Positions 19,074 to 27,789 of a stretch of 61,276 nucleotides of DNA are shown here, piece after piece. Below the pieces are notes generated by a model. That model searched no databases and was not told the origin of the DNA. It saw nothing but the letters and a program-made list of their open reading frames with translations. The first letter of the stretch is position 1; each line of letters begins with the position of its first letter. Source of the DNA: a virus (lineage: Duplodnaviria > Caudoviricetes); the IMG/VR virus record IMGVR_UViG_3300024262_000031, positions 1 to 61,276 of that record; one strand, given 5' to 3'. Made by a program: the position numbers and the translations under genes.

Positions 19074-19619
19074 TTATGCGGTAACGGTGTACGTTACCTT
19101 GAGTTGGTCGGTATTTGCCACGCTGACGTTCGCTGTGAAGTTGGCTGTCGCCCACAACGTTCCGCCACCAGCATTGGCGCTTTGCACGTCGGCATCGGTG
19201 CCACCACCAACAAGGTGGACACCCCATACGGAGCCACTACCAGTGATATCAAACGTAGCAACTGTCGTGTTGCTAATCTGACCACCACTAGCTGCGTCTT
19301 CTTGCCACTCGGCACGGGCCGTGCTATTTGCACTGTAATCGTAGTCTGCGAATTCATCCCAACCATTTGACCCATCAATCTGGGCGTATACGTCATTAGC
19401 TGACGTGGCTGAAAATGCCGCAGCATCTACAAGACCTAAGTACCAAGTGTCGATTTGCGTGTCGTTGTGGAACATAATGTCCAGCAACGCATTCTTACCC
19501 TCTGTGGTGATTTCGTTGTGGAAATCGTACGTGGCGAGCAACTCGCCCTCACGCCAATGTTCCACCTGAAAGCGACCACCAAGTTCGAGGGCTTCCAAAA
19601 GGGCTTCTCTATTAAACAT
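19074..19619 (-). CDS. conserved tail / tail-fibre-associated structural protein
   Basis: NEITTEG.N.LLD......WYLGL...F.ITG...V.G.......GTLW....D.L.VTYT pattern; immediately after the tape measure. Confidence 0.7.
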   Translation of the reverse strand: MFNREALLEALELGGRFQVEHWREGELLATYDFHNEITTEGKNALLDIMFHNDTQIDTWYLGLVDAAAFSATSANDVYAQIDGSNGWDEFADYDYSANSTARAEWQEDAASGGQISNTTVATFDITGSGSVWGVHLVGGGTDADVQSANAGGGTLWATANFTANVSVANTDQLKVTYTVTA

Positions 19620-19645
19620 GTGAAGTTCTCCATTGTCTACAGGAG

Positions 19646-22600
19646 TTAAAACGATGATGTACCTCGCCGCATCTCACGTTTGATTACGGCGACAACTTGC
19701 CTCCCTTGTTGGTGGGCAGATGATCCTTTACCACTGCCACCGTTTATATTTACGTCACCAACAGTTACGTTAGTAACTGAGCCGCCGTCTTGTCTGAAGA
19801 CTGGTGCCCGTCCACTATTCATTGCCACAAGCTGGGAGAAGAATTGTCTTGTGGACTTGGCATTCATTACGAATTCACCTGGACTCAACATCGCGGGAAT
19901 CGTGTCTGTACCTCGTGCTAAATTTCCTTTTGCTAAATACGATAACTTATTGATTAAACCACCTTTTGCATACCCTTGTATTAGTCCGCCTAGTTGTTTA
20001 CCTGCTGCCTGAGTTAGAACATCGGGAGGCGTGTATTGTTGTTGATTCTGTATTTTCCGGGCCACATCTTCGTAGGCTGTAAGCTGAGCACTCTTCCAAA
20101 TATCAATGGCTTTTAATGAGTCATTGAGCCGATTTTGTTGGATTCCAGCAAGCTCTTGTTCCAAACTCTTTGTACCTTGGATAGCAAGGTCTTCAGCCGC
20201 TCTGAGGGGCAGCATTCTTGCTACAGCGACGGCTCTACCGTCCGCCGAGTATGCTAAGGCTCTTTCGATGCCTAGTAACTTTTGGTCACCACCTAGTTTT
20301 GTATAAGCTTCCGTTTCTTCACGGATTTTTTTACTGTTTACCAACACCTCCCCTGCCGCATCCCTCATGACTCTTAATTTTGCAGCCATGTCATCACTGC
20401 GATCACCTACACCATCTATGGTGTCATCAACAGATTGAATTTGGGTTTCTAATAACTGCCATTCATCATTGGTCAAGTCTGTCCCAGACTTCATTTTACC
20501 AATTAAATCCACGGCGTTCTCAAAAGCTTTTCTGGCAAGGGGTGGCACAACCATTACTGTACCTGCGATGAGTGCTCGTTCACCTCGTGTTCTTGCTGCT
20601 GCTACGGAGACTTCTAACTGTTTGATTTCCATTAAGGTGGTGCGAAGCTCAATAGCATTTTTATTAGCCTCAAGGTACGCATTGCTAAGGTTTTCAACTC
20701 CTCGTGTCGGATCAAATTCTACGCCCATGACCTTAGACATAGCTTTGATCTGAGCTTCAACTACCGGACCCATGTAGTCACTAAAGCCCTTAGCAATCGT
20801 TTCACCCATTTGATTGATAGACGCTTCTGAAATTGTAAGCTCTTTATCAGAGAGCATACCATCAAGTTCTGACGACAACTGGGCCAAACCAAAGAAATCT
20901 TGGTAATCAAATTCTGGCAGTTCTTTTGCAAGATTTCTGATATTGGCAAAGGCACGTGCCCTAGCGGCTGATTGATCTTGCAATTCCTTAGCACTAAGTC
21001 GTTTGTTGGACTTATCAAACTGATTCATGTTCTTGAAGATAATATCGAACTCGCCCTGGAATTCCCTGTTCAATTTCTTGAGGGTTGCGGCACGTTCCTC
21101 GGCTATACGTTGTTTTTCCTGTGCTACAGCTTGAAGTTTCTTTTCCGCAGCTAAACGAGCGTTGGTCAAATTAGTTCCAAGCTTCAAGGCTTGATTGTCA
21201 GCCAAACGGGCTTTTCTCAAGTCCTGGAATTGACTCTTCGAGAGTTCGCCCGCTTTATAAGCTTTTTCCAAAGGCTCTAGTTGGTCCCAAGCTAAGTCCT
21301 TGAGATTACCATAGATGTTCTCGGCTTCACCATACAGAGCTAACGCACGTTCGATATCTTCAGGCTTACCTGTGACAAGGAGGCTCGCCCCTTCGCGGCT
21401 TAATTCCAGGATTCGTCGTTGTTGTGCATGAACTTTATCTTGAGAGTCAAGGAATCTCAGACTACGCTGATACTTGTCGTCCTCACCCTTTCGATTGATG
21501 TCGTAAATCCTGTCCTGGGATTCAGAAATGGCGTCAGCAGCGTCAGTCGCAACATCTTCGTATGCAGATTGATAATCTTTAAGTGCTTCTAGAATAGTAT
21601 TAAACTTGTCTTTAGTGTCAGAAACTTCCCTTCTGTTATTCTCAGCAATAATTACAGCCTGTTTCTGATAGGCGCGTTGAACTGCCGCAATAGTCTTGAG
21701 GGTATCAGAGAGATTTTGTTGATTGATTTTCTTTTGCAACTCAAATTGCTGTTCAAGAGCACCCCTACCGATTGCTTTCTCTAACTCGTATTGTTTATCA
21801 ATATACTCAGCAAGGGCAACGTTCATTGCATGAACTTCGTTAGCAGCACGCTTGAGGTTGTACGTGAATAATGCGACAATTCCAGCAACCACGGCGACTG
21901 GTGCTGCCGCAATAGCCCACATAGCGGCCGACTTGACTGCCGCCCATATAGAAGCGTTGCCAGCCCGTACCATAGCTACTTGAGTCAAAACAACTTCGGC
22001 TCTTAATGTAATCCAGGCAGCGATTTCACTGTATAAGATTTTAAGTTTTGTAGACATTAACGGAATAAGGAAAACCGCCAAAGTTGTACCATAGGTCATG
22101 GTGGCATCATAAACCCAGGTTAAAGATTTTGCAAACTTAATGGCATACAATGTAGTATCCACTAAGGCTCTACCAATATCTTCGACGAGGATATTCTTCA
22201 GCTTGTTAAACTCACGGGCTAGTTCTTCACCAGGTGTATCAAAAACGAGCTTGTATTTCTTTTCAAGGATTTCTGCTGAAGTCTCACCAATCTGTCTTAG
22301 GTTATCAACAAAGGTTTCAGCATCCTGGCTGGCCAAAGTGATAGTACCCAACAAACCACGAACTCGACGAATCAACTTGCCCATTTCACTACTAGATGAA
22401 CCTACTGTCGTTTGCAATTGTGTCAAAGCACCTTGGAAACCGTAGGTAGCGATTATCTGTTCGGCATTTGCAAAACCAAGCTGTTTGAATGCTACCTTTA
22501 GGTTATCAGAGGGCTTTAGTAATGCTTGCATAACACCACGAACCTGGGTCATCGACTCAGCGGTTCGCGTACCCTGAACCGTAATGGTAGCAATGGCTGC

Positions 22601-23710
22601 TAGGGTTTCTTCAAGACTAATACCGAGCGAGTGAGCCAGGGGTCCAATTCGCCCAAACGTGTTGGCCAATTCACTAATACGTGTACGACCTAATTCGACA
22701 GTCTTGAATAACTTGGCCGCAACAGACTCAGATTGATTGGTACTAATATCAAAACTGTTTAGTGCCGCAGTTAGGAGATTTACAGAATCTTCAGTCGAAG
22801 ATACCGCCGCAATAGACAACTTGTTAGCTGTATTAAAAACGTGCAACGATTCACTAGCGTCACCGACCTGATTCGACAATGTCTGATACAAACCTTCAGC
22901 TACATCTAATCGACCCTTTCCAAACTCGTCTGATGTATCCCGAACAATCTTGGCAATGTCCGCGAGACTACCGTAGGCGTCATTAGCAATAGTAGCAACT
23001 TCAGCAATAGACCTTTGAAATTCAATTGATCCTTTGATGGCTTCCTTGAAGGCTTGCTTTAATAGATTCAAACCACGAACAATTAGCTGTGTTGTAACAA
23101 TCCGGAGCATGGTCTTCCACGACACAGCAAAACTCTGGACGGGTGCGGGATTCAGTTCTCTCCGTGTAGCCCTGCCGATAGCTCGCATAGCCGCTGTCAT
23201 GCGGGCTTTCGAGCCATTTATTTGGCTATCTAATTTCTTGACCTTCTCTTTGAATTCATCAACAGTACCACCAGTACGATGGAAGCCAACGACTAATTCA
23301 TTGAGACCCTTTTTGAACGCCTTCTGATTCTGGATAGCGGCCCCAGAAAAGATTTTCTGTGCTGCTGCTCGTAGTTGCTCTAAGGAGGCGGCTGCTTTCT
23401 TAGCTTGAGCGGGATCAACCCCTGCCACGCCTGCCCCTGCTTTCGCACCTGCCGCTGCACGTGGTGCCGCCGCTACAATACCCTTGTAGCCCGATACTCT
23501 TTTTAATTGATCTGCAGCTAGCTTTGCTTCGTCCTTAATTCTCTTCAAAGACGCCACAACTTTACTGGCATTCGTATTAAACCTAGCTGCGGTACCACCA
23601 AACTTGTTCAGTGTGGTATTCAAACTCTTGTACCGATCCATGAGTGTTTTAAGATCACGGAGTGCATCAGCGGCGTCGATAATGAATTCTTGTCGAATTT
23701 GTTCGGCCAT
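19646..23710 (-). CDS. tail tape measure protein (TP901-like)
   Basis: 1354 aa, helical and Ala-rich; TP901-type core; central hydrophobic segments; C-terminal GTDTIPAMLSPGEFVMNA. Confidence 0.92.
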   Translation of the reverse strand: MAEQIRQEFIIDAADALRDLKTLMDRYKSLNTTLNKFGGTAARFNTNASKVVASLKRIKDEAKLAADQLKRVSGYKGIVAAAPRAAAGAKAGAGVAGVDPAQAKKAAASLEQLRAAAQKIFSGAAIQNQKAFKKGLNELVVGFHRTGGTVDEFKEKVKKLDSQINGSKARMTAAMRAIGRATRRELNPAPVQSFAVSWKTMLRIVTTQLIVRGLNLLKQAFKEAIKGSIEFQRSIAEVATIANDAYGSLADIAKIVRDTSDEFGKGRLDVAEGLYQTLSNQVGDASESLHVFNTANKLSIAAVSSTEDSVNLLTAALNSFDISTNQSESVAAKLFKTVELGRTRISELANTFGRIGPLAHSLGISLEETLAAIATITVQGTRTAESMTQVRGVMQALLKPSDNLKVAFKQLGFANAEQIIATYGFQGALTQLQTTVGSSSSEMGKLIRRVRGLLGTITLASQDAETFVDNLRQIGETSAEILEKKYKLVFDTPGEELAREFNKLKNILVEDIGRALVDTTLYAIKFAKSLTWVYDATMTYGTTLAVFLIPLMSTKLKILYSEIAAWITLRAEVVLTQVAMVRAGNASIWAAVKSAAMWAIAAAPVAVVAGIVALFTYNLKRAANEVHAMNVALAEYIDKQYELEKAIGRGALEQQFELQKKINQQNLSDTLKTIAAVQRAYQKQAVIIAENNRREVSDTKDKFNTILEALKDYQSAYEDVATDAADAISESQDRIYDINRKGEDDKYQRSLRFLDSQDKVHAQQRRILELSREGASLLVTGKPEDIERALALYGEAENIYGNLKDLAWDQLEPLEKAYKAGELSKSQFQDLRKARLADNQALKLGTNLTNARLAAEKKLQAVAQEKQRIAEERAATLKKLNREFQGEFDIIFKNMNQFDKSNKRLSAKELQDQSAARARAFANIRNLAKELPEFDYQDFFGLAQLSSELDGMLSDKELTISEASINQMGETIAKGFSDYMGPVVEAQIKAMSKVMGVEFDPTRGVENLSNAYLEANKNAIELRTTLMEIKQLEVSVAAARTRGERALIAGTVMVVPPLARKAFENAVDLIGKMKSGTDLTNDEWQLLETQIQSVDDTIDGVGDRSDDMAAKLRVMRDAAGEVLVNSKKIREETEAYTKLGGDQKLLGIERALAYSADGRAVAVARMLPLRAAEDLAIQGTKSLEQELAGIQQNRLNDSLKAIDIWKSAQLTAYEDVARKIQNQQQYTPPDVLTQAAGKQLGGLIQGYAKGGLINKLSYLAKGNLARGTDTIPAMLSPGEFVMNAKSTRQFFSQLVAMNSGRAPVFRQDGGSVTNVTVGDVNINGGSGKGSSAHQQGRQVVAVIKREMRRGTSSF

Positions 23711-24235
23711 TTATGTCACCGTCTTTACTTTGATACTTTGTACAAGGAGGGGGCTGGGAAGTGGGTCCATACCGTCGATAGCGTGCTCAACGGCTCGTGT
23801 TCCAGCCTTTTGGAATCCATAGGGTCCAGGATTTTTGAGCTGAGAGAATAGCGCCCTATCAGGGTCCGTATTTGCGTTGTGATATTCGTTATAGACAAGG
23901 TGTGGTAGATCAGTAGAATAGAAGAATCGTCCCACACCCTTATCAATTTCAATACCACCGTCACTAAATCGTTTCCCGTATGCTATTCCCGTAGCGTTAC
24001 CTTTTGAAATAGGGATTGTCGAGTGAATCTCATTAGCTAAATGCAAAAATGAAGCCGCAGAGGCACCCGACCAAACACGATAAGCACCAGTTTGTCCTGC
24101 AATAAGATCAACGGCCGTGGCCAACAGATAGCGTGCAGCTAACCTTGAAAGTTGTTGGTGAAGCCATGACTCAAAGAGTTGGACATAGGCGCTCTTGTTA
24201 AACTGGGCCATTTCTATTGTCAGTTTTAATCTCAT
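23711..24235 (-). CDS. hypothetical tail/neck protein
   Basis: 174-aa ORF abutting the tape measure start; VWSGA.AAS motif reminiscent of neck or tail-completion proteins. Confidence 0.6.
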   Translation of the reverse strand: MRLKLTIEMAQFNKSAYVQLFESWLHQQLSRLAARYLLATAVDLIAGQTGAYRVWSGASAASFLHLANEIHSTIPISKGNATGIAYGKRFSDGGIEIDKGVGRFFYSTDLPHLVYNEYHNANTDPDRALFSQLKNPGPYGFQKAGTRAVEHAIDGMDPLPSPLLVQSIKVKTVT

Positions 24236-24248
24236 CGGTCAGCGTCCC

Positions 24249-24509
24249 TTAACGTTTACGGCCCGTACTTGGCATCCGTGCCCCAACACCTGCTAGAGCT
24301 TCCTTTTCCTTACGTTCATCCTCGTCACATGTTTGATGGCAACCGATAGCTAAAGCTTGTTGCCAAACACCCATGTCATCCCAGCTAGGCTTGCAACCTG
24401 GTGGTAAAATGCCAAATCGTTGGCAAGTTTGCCAGATTACATACTCTCCGGTTCGGTAGCTGGGCCAGAGGATTCGCTTGCTGCTTGACGCTGACCACGT
24501 AGAAAAACC
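24249..24509 (-). CDS. -1 frameshift extension of the tail assembly chaperone (GT-like)
   Basis: GGTTTTT at 24509-24503; the -1 frame is open to TAA at 24249 (STWSASSSKRILWPSYRTGEYVIWQTCQRFGILPPG...W..MGVWQQALAIG...). Confidence 0.7.
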   Translation of the reverse strand, partial: GFSTWSASSSKRILWPSYRTGEYVIWQTCQRFGILPPGCKPSWDDMGVWQQALAIGCHQTCDEDERKEKEALAGVGARMPSTGRKR

Positions 24510-24937
24510 TGGCGTGCTGCCTCAAGCTTACTTTCATCCAGGGCATTTGCTTCCATGACAACTTGGATAATCCTGTTGATTTCCACAGTCGCTAGTCCAG
24601 CGTTCCTAAAATCGTCTGTCCAATTTTCAAGTGTACCTGGATCATCTGGGTCTACTGTGTCCCATTCGATATTGCTAGGCTCCAAAGACTTGACGACGAT
24701 GAACGCTAGGCGATTCTCATTGTAGTTGGCCATTTGTTGCTTAAAACCTGGATCATCCGTGTTGGGTTCGACCCCACCCTTTTTTCGGACGGTAGGCGGC
24801 TTGGGTTCTGGACACATCTCTTCAAAAGTATCCATATCCAACACTGCACGTGCTTTGATGATAATATCGTCTTCTTCTCGTGGAAGTACAAGCAGTACTT
24901 CATTCGGACCATTGATCTCAATTCCACCGATCTTCAT
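24437..24937 (-). CDS. tail assembly chaperone (G-like)
   Basis: Between major tail and tape measure; GAGG RBS upstream of ATG 24937 (MKIGG...). Confidence 0.75.
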   Translation of the reverse strand: MKIGGIEINGPNEVLLVLPREEDDIIIKARAVLDMDTFEEMCPEPKPPTVRKKGGVEPNTDDPGFKQQMANYNENRLAFIVVKSLEPSNIEWDTVDPDDPGTLENWTDDFRNAGLATVEINRIIQVVMEANALDESKLEAARQVFLRGQRQAASESSGPATEPESM

Positions 24938-24962
24938 TGTATAGTTCCTCGCCAAAAGGATT

Positions 24963-24995
24963 AAAAGGTAGGGGTTAGGGAAGTCCTAACCCCTT
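24963..24995 (-). terminator. intrinsic terminator after the major tail gene
   Basis: AGGGGTTAGG/CCTAACCCCT stem followed by ACCTTTT on the minus strand. Confidence 0.7.
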
Positions 24996-25007
24996 TACAG
25001 AATCACA

Positions 25008-25745
25008 TTATGAATAACGACTGACAGTAGCTTCAACGGAATTACATCGACCGGAGGTCGAGATAGTCGCATCACCAAGGTCAAATTCCAAGGACTCGTA
25101 ACGGTAGTCCGGCAGAATCGTCATTTCATTCTGTTCTGAACCACATGACAACACGTGGTCAATAACAATGTCAACAGCATAGGGCTCACAAAGGTCGTCA
25201 GATGACGACACCCATTCTGAAGCATCACCTTGTCGTTTCAGAGCATCCACAACTGTGATATCTTCAGCAGTTCCGCTTGTTACATGCTCATACACAAAGT
25301 CAATGGACACGTCCATTGGTTGCTGGTCGCCTTCTCGTACTGTGTCGAGGTCACCACGGTCCAACAGGTACTCATATTCCTTCGCTTCGGTGTAGGTAAC
25401 GTTTCCTTCACCAATCTTAACCTCAATCCGTTGAGGTAGGAAGGTAAGTGTATCCGCGTTGGCTGGCGTAGGTGTACCCCAAGCAGGCGAGAACGCAATG
25501 TTGGTCGTCGGACCTGCACCCGTGGGGGTACGGGCAGTGACGGTGTACTCGGTATCTTGGTTAGCAGTACTAACCGTAAACCGAGCACCAACGGGCACCA
25601 AATCCGTGTCATCAGTGTTCAACACTGGACTGCTGATATCTACATCAGTATCGTTCGCACCGGGGGTTGCCTCATTTAATGTGGCAGTCCCAGAGAGTCC
25701 GTCCTGAATATAAATCAGCGCGTCACGGAGTTCAATTCGGGCCAT
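25008..25745 (-). CDS. major tail (tube) protein
   Basis: Acidic, Thr-rich 245 aa starting MARIELRDA; position between tail terminator and chaperone; followed by a terminator. Confidence 0.75.
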   Translation of the reverse strand: MARIELRDALIYIQDGLSGTATLNEATPGANDTDVDISSPVLNTDDTDLVPVGARFTVSTANQDTEYTVTARTPTGAGPTTNIAFSPAWGTPTPANADTLTFLPQRIEVKIGEGNVTYTEAKEYEYLLDRGDLDTVREGDQQPMDVSIDFVYEHVTSGTAEDITVVDALKRQGDASEWVSSSDDLCEPYAVDIVIDHVLSCGSEQNEMTILPDYRYESLEFDLGDATISTSGRCNSVEATVSRYS

Positions 25746-25749
25746 AGTT

Positions 25750-26256
25750 TTAGCCTCCAGTTGGATAATTAAGGTACAACTCAAATTTACCATCCACTGC
25801 GGATTGTCTGATACGCTCAGTGGCACCAATCTGTCCGAAGTGGATTAACTTAATGCTCTCATTTTTTCCTCGCATCTCGGAGAGACAACCCAAGAGCGTT
25901 TGATCGTCTACACCTCCCGTATCCGGACCGAATCTGTAAATGGGGATCGGCAATTCCATCGCTTCAAGAAACGCACCGCCCCAATTAAAGAGCTTAAACG
26001 TATTCTCCCCTTGTCCTTCCATGTAGTCCGTCATCAGGATGTTAATGTTAATCCAAAGTCTCCAATACTTACTACTAAGTTCTCGAATGTAAGGTCCATT
26101 TACTCGTAATTCACATCTATCTACTTCCATCTTCTCAGGTTCACGTTCATCAATACCTTCTACTAGAATAGGTAAATTCAGTCCGTCTGCTACGTTCTTA
26201 AAGTGTACGGCTAGTGAGGAGAATATCCATCGTGGCCAATTAGGGTTCGCAGCCAT
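25750..26256 (-). CDS. tail terminator-like protein
   Basis: 168 aa directly upstream of the major tail gene (synteny). Confidence 0.6.
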   Translation of the reverse strand: MAANPNWPRWIFSSLAVHFKNVADGLNLPILVEGIDEREPEKMEVDRCELRVNGPYIRELSSKYWRLWININILMTDYMEGQGENTFKLFNWGGAFLEAMELPIPIYRFGPDTGGVDDQTLLGCLSEMRGKNESIKLIHFGQIGATERIRQSAVDGKFELYLNYPTGG

Positions 26257-26666
26257 TATTCACCCTCCTCAGTCATGATCCAATCGTGAGCTTCAGACAA
26301 GCAACACGGTGGTCCATAGGCTAGTTGCTTCCGATATAAATCCCCGTTAAGTCGCATTTCAAATCGCACCTCAAAAGCTGGATGCTGGTACGGCATTTGA
26401 AACGTTACAATACTCATGCAAGTCATCATGGTAGGTGGGAAGTATGCTAAGAATGGTTCCCAACCTAAAGTTTGATCCTCTGCTGACATAAAGGGAAAAT
26501 CTGGTGCTACTAGAATCCCATCCTCGGGGACTGTGGTATGTGTACGCAACCCTTGTGCGTAGAGGCCAAAGTTGCTCCAAATATACTTCTCCAGTACGAT
26601 AGCCTGTGGACTAAGGTAGACTATTCTAGCACTAGCGATTGCAAGTTGTGTGGGTACATCAACCAT
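26256..26666 (-). CDS. hypothetical protein, paralog of the N-domain of 26666..27715
   Basis: Shared YAQ.L.TH.TVPEDG...AP....DQT..WE...P.TM...RLNG...R.Q...GP. Confidence 0.75.
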   Translation of the reverse strand: MVDVPTQLAIASARIVYLSPQAIVLEKYIWSNFGLYAQGLRTHTTVPEDGILVAPDFPFMSAEDQTLGWEPFLAYFPPTMMTCMSIVTFQMPYQHPAFEVRFEMRLNGDLYRKQLAYGPPCCLSEAHDWIMTEEGE

Positions 26667-27715
26667 TATCCAGGCTCCCGTCCGTTACCGTCATTGTACA
26701 AATAGTTTAGTTCGGTTCGAGTAAGTAACTTATCAAACAGACACCATTGGTCTAAACGTACTATGGGGTCAACCCTTGTTTTCATAGCTCCAAACTTTAT
26801 TTTATTGATTGAGTCTTCAACAAAATCAACAGTAATTTCTTCAGTACAGTCACCATTGTTAAAGGAACCACCGATAGCCCCGTTCGCTGAGTCATAATAG
26901 TATTCTAAGAACATCCATGTATCCGGAACGGCATCTACAGGGGTAAAATCAGATACTTCTTTGTTAAAGAGCTTGAATTTGAATTTTGGACTACGGGCAT
27001 CCCATTCTATCTTACCCTTCTCACGCCCGTCTTCAAAGAGTTGCATAATCTTTTGGTTTTTATCACCGGAGACCGTTGTATCAAAATAGACCCAACCACA
27101 AAGTGTGAAGTCAGCATTTGATGAAAACAGATCGGTATTGAGACCAAAATACTCTTTATTGGCTGGATAAAATACAGCCGCATTTCCTACAACAGCGTTT
27201 GCCGTATACGGTACTGTGTTGTATTCTGTCAAGTGGTTAGTTCCTATTGAATCATAACGGGTACCACTGGTCTCATTCATCGTCCAACAAGCTAGAGCCG
27301 CTATTTCTAAAGTATCCAGAGCATCGCCATCCCATGCAAACCAATCTCGATCCCTACCTAATGGCCCCTGGTCGTCTTGGCGTCTCCAAATGACGCCGTT
27401 CAAACGAACGTCAAAAGTTGCTACCCAACCCCATGCGTTGGCGGTTTGATATACATCTAAGGCCAATGCACACGCCATAGTGGCTGGAAGAGTTACTAAG
27501 TCTTCCCAATCCTCGGTTTGGTCCGTGGGCGAATCAGCGAGATTCTCCGGGGCTGTGCCATTGCCATCTTCGGGAACCGTATCATGTGTCGAGAGGGCTT
27601 GTGCATACTTCCCATTGGCTACCAGATAGTCGGCTTCTAGGTCGAGAATATCCTGCCAGTATGTGGCAATATCCACGTCTACAGCGGCTAGTGTAGTTTC
27701 TATATTAACAGCCAT
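26666..27715 (-). CDS. virion protein with C-terminal LamG-like domain
   Basis: W.MNETSGTRYDS.G.N.L...FTLCGWV...DTWMF...LDQW.LF.K.L...E...LYN.GNG. Confidence 0.8.
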   Translation of the reverse strand: MAVNIETTLAAVDVDIATYWQDILDLEADYLVANGKYAQALSTHDTVPEDGNGTAPENLADSPTDQTEDWEDLVTLPATMACALALDVYQTANAWGWVATFDVRLNGVIWRRQDDQGPLGRDRDWFAWDGDALDTLEIAALACWTMNETSGTRYDSIGTNHLTEYNTVPYTANAVVGNAAVFYPANKEYFGLNTDLFSSNADFTLCGWVYFDTTVSGDKNQKIMQLFEDGREKGKIEWDARSPKFKFKLFNKEVSDFTPVDAVPDTWMFLEYYYDSANGAIGGSFNNGDCTEEITVDFVEDSINKIKFGAMKTRVDPIVRLDQWCLFDKLLTRTELNYLYNDGNGREPG

Positions 27716-27739
27716 GTTTTACTCACAAAGGAAAGGTGG

Positions 27740-27789
27740 TACTTGTCTACCGTTACCACTGTTATACTTGTCTACCGTTACCACTGTTA
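27740..27789. repeat. perfect 25-bp tandem duplication at the 3' end of the 1742-aa gene
   Basis: TACTTGTCTACCGTTACCACTGTTA occurs twice in tandem. Confidence 0.9.
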
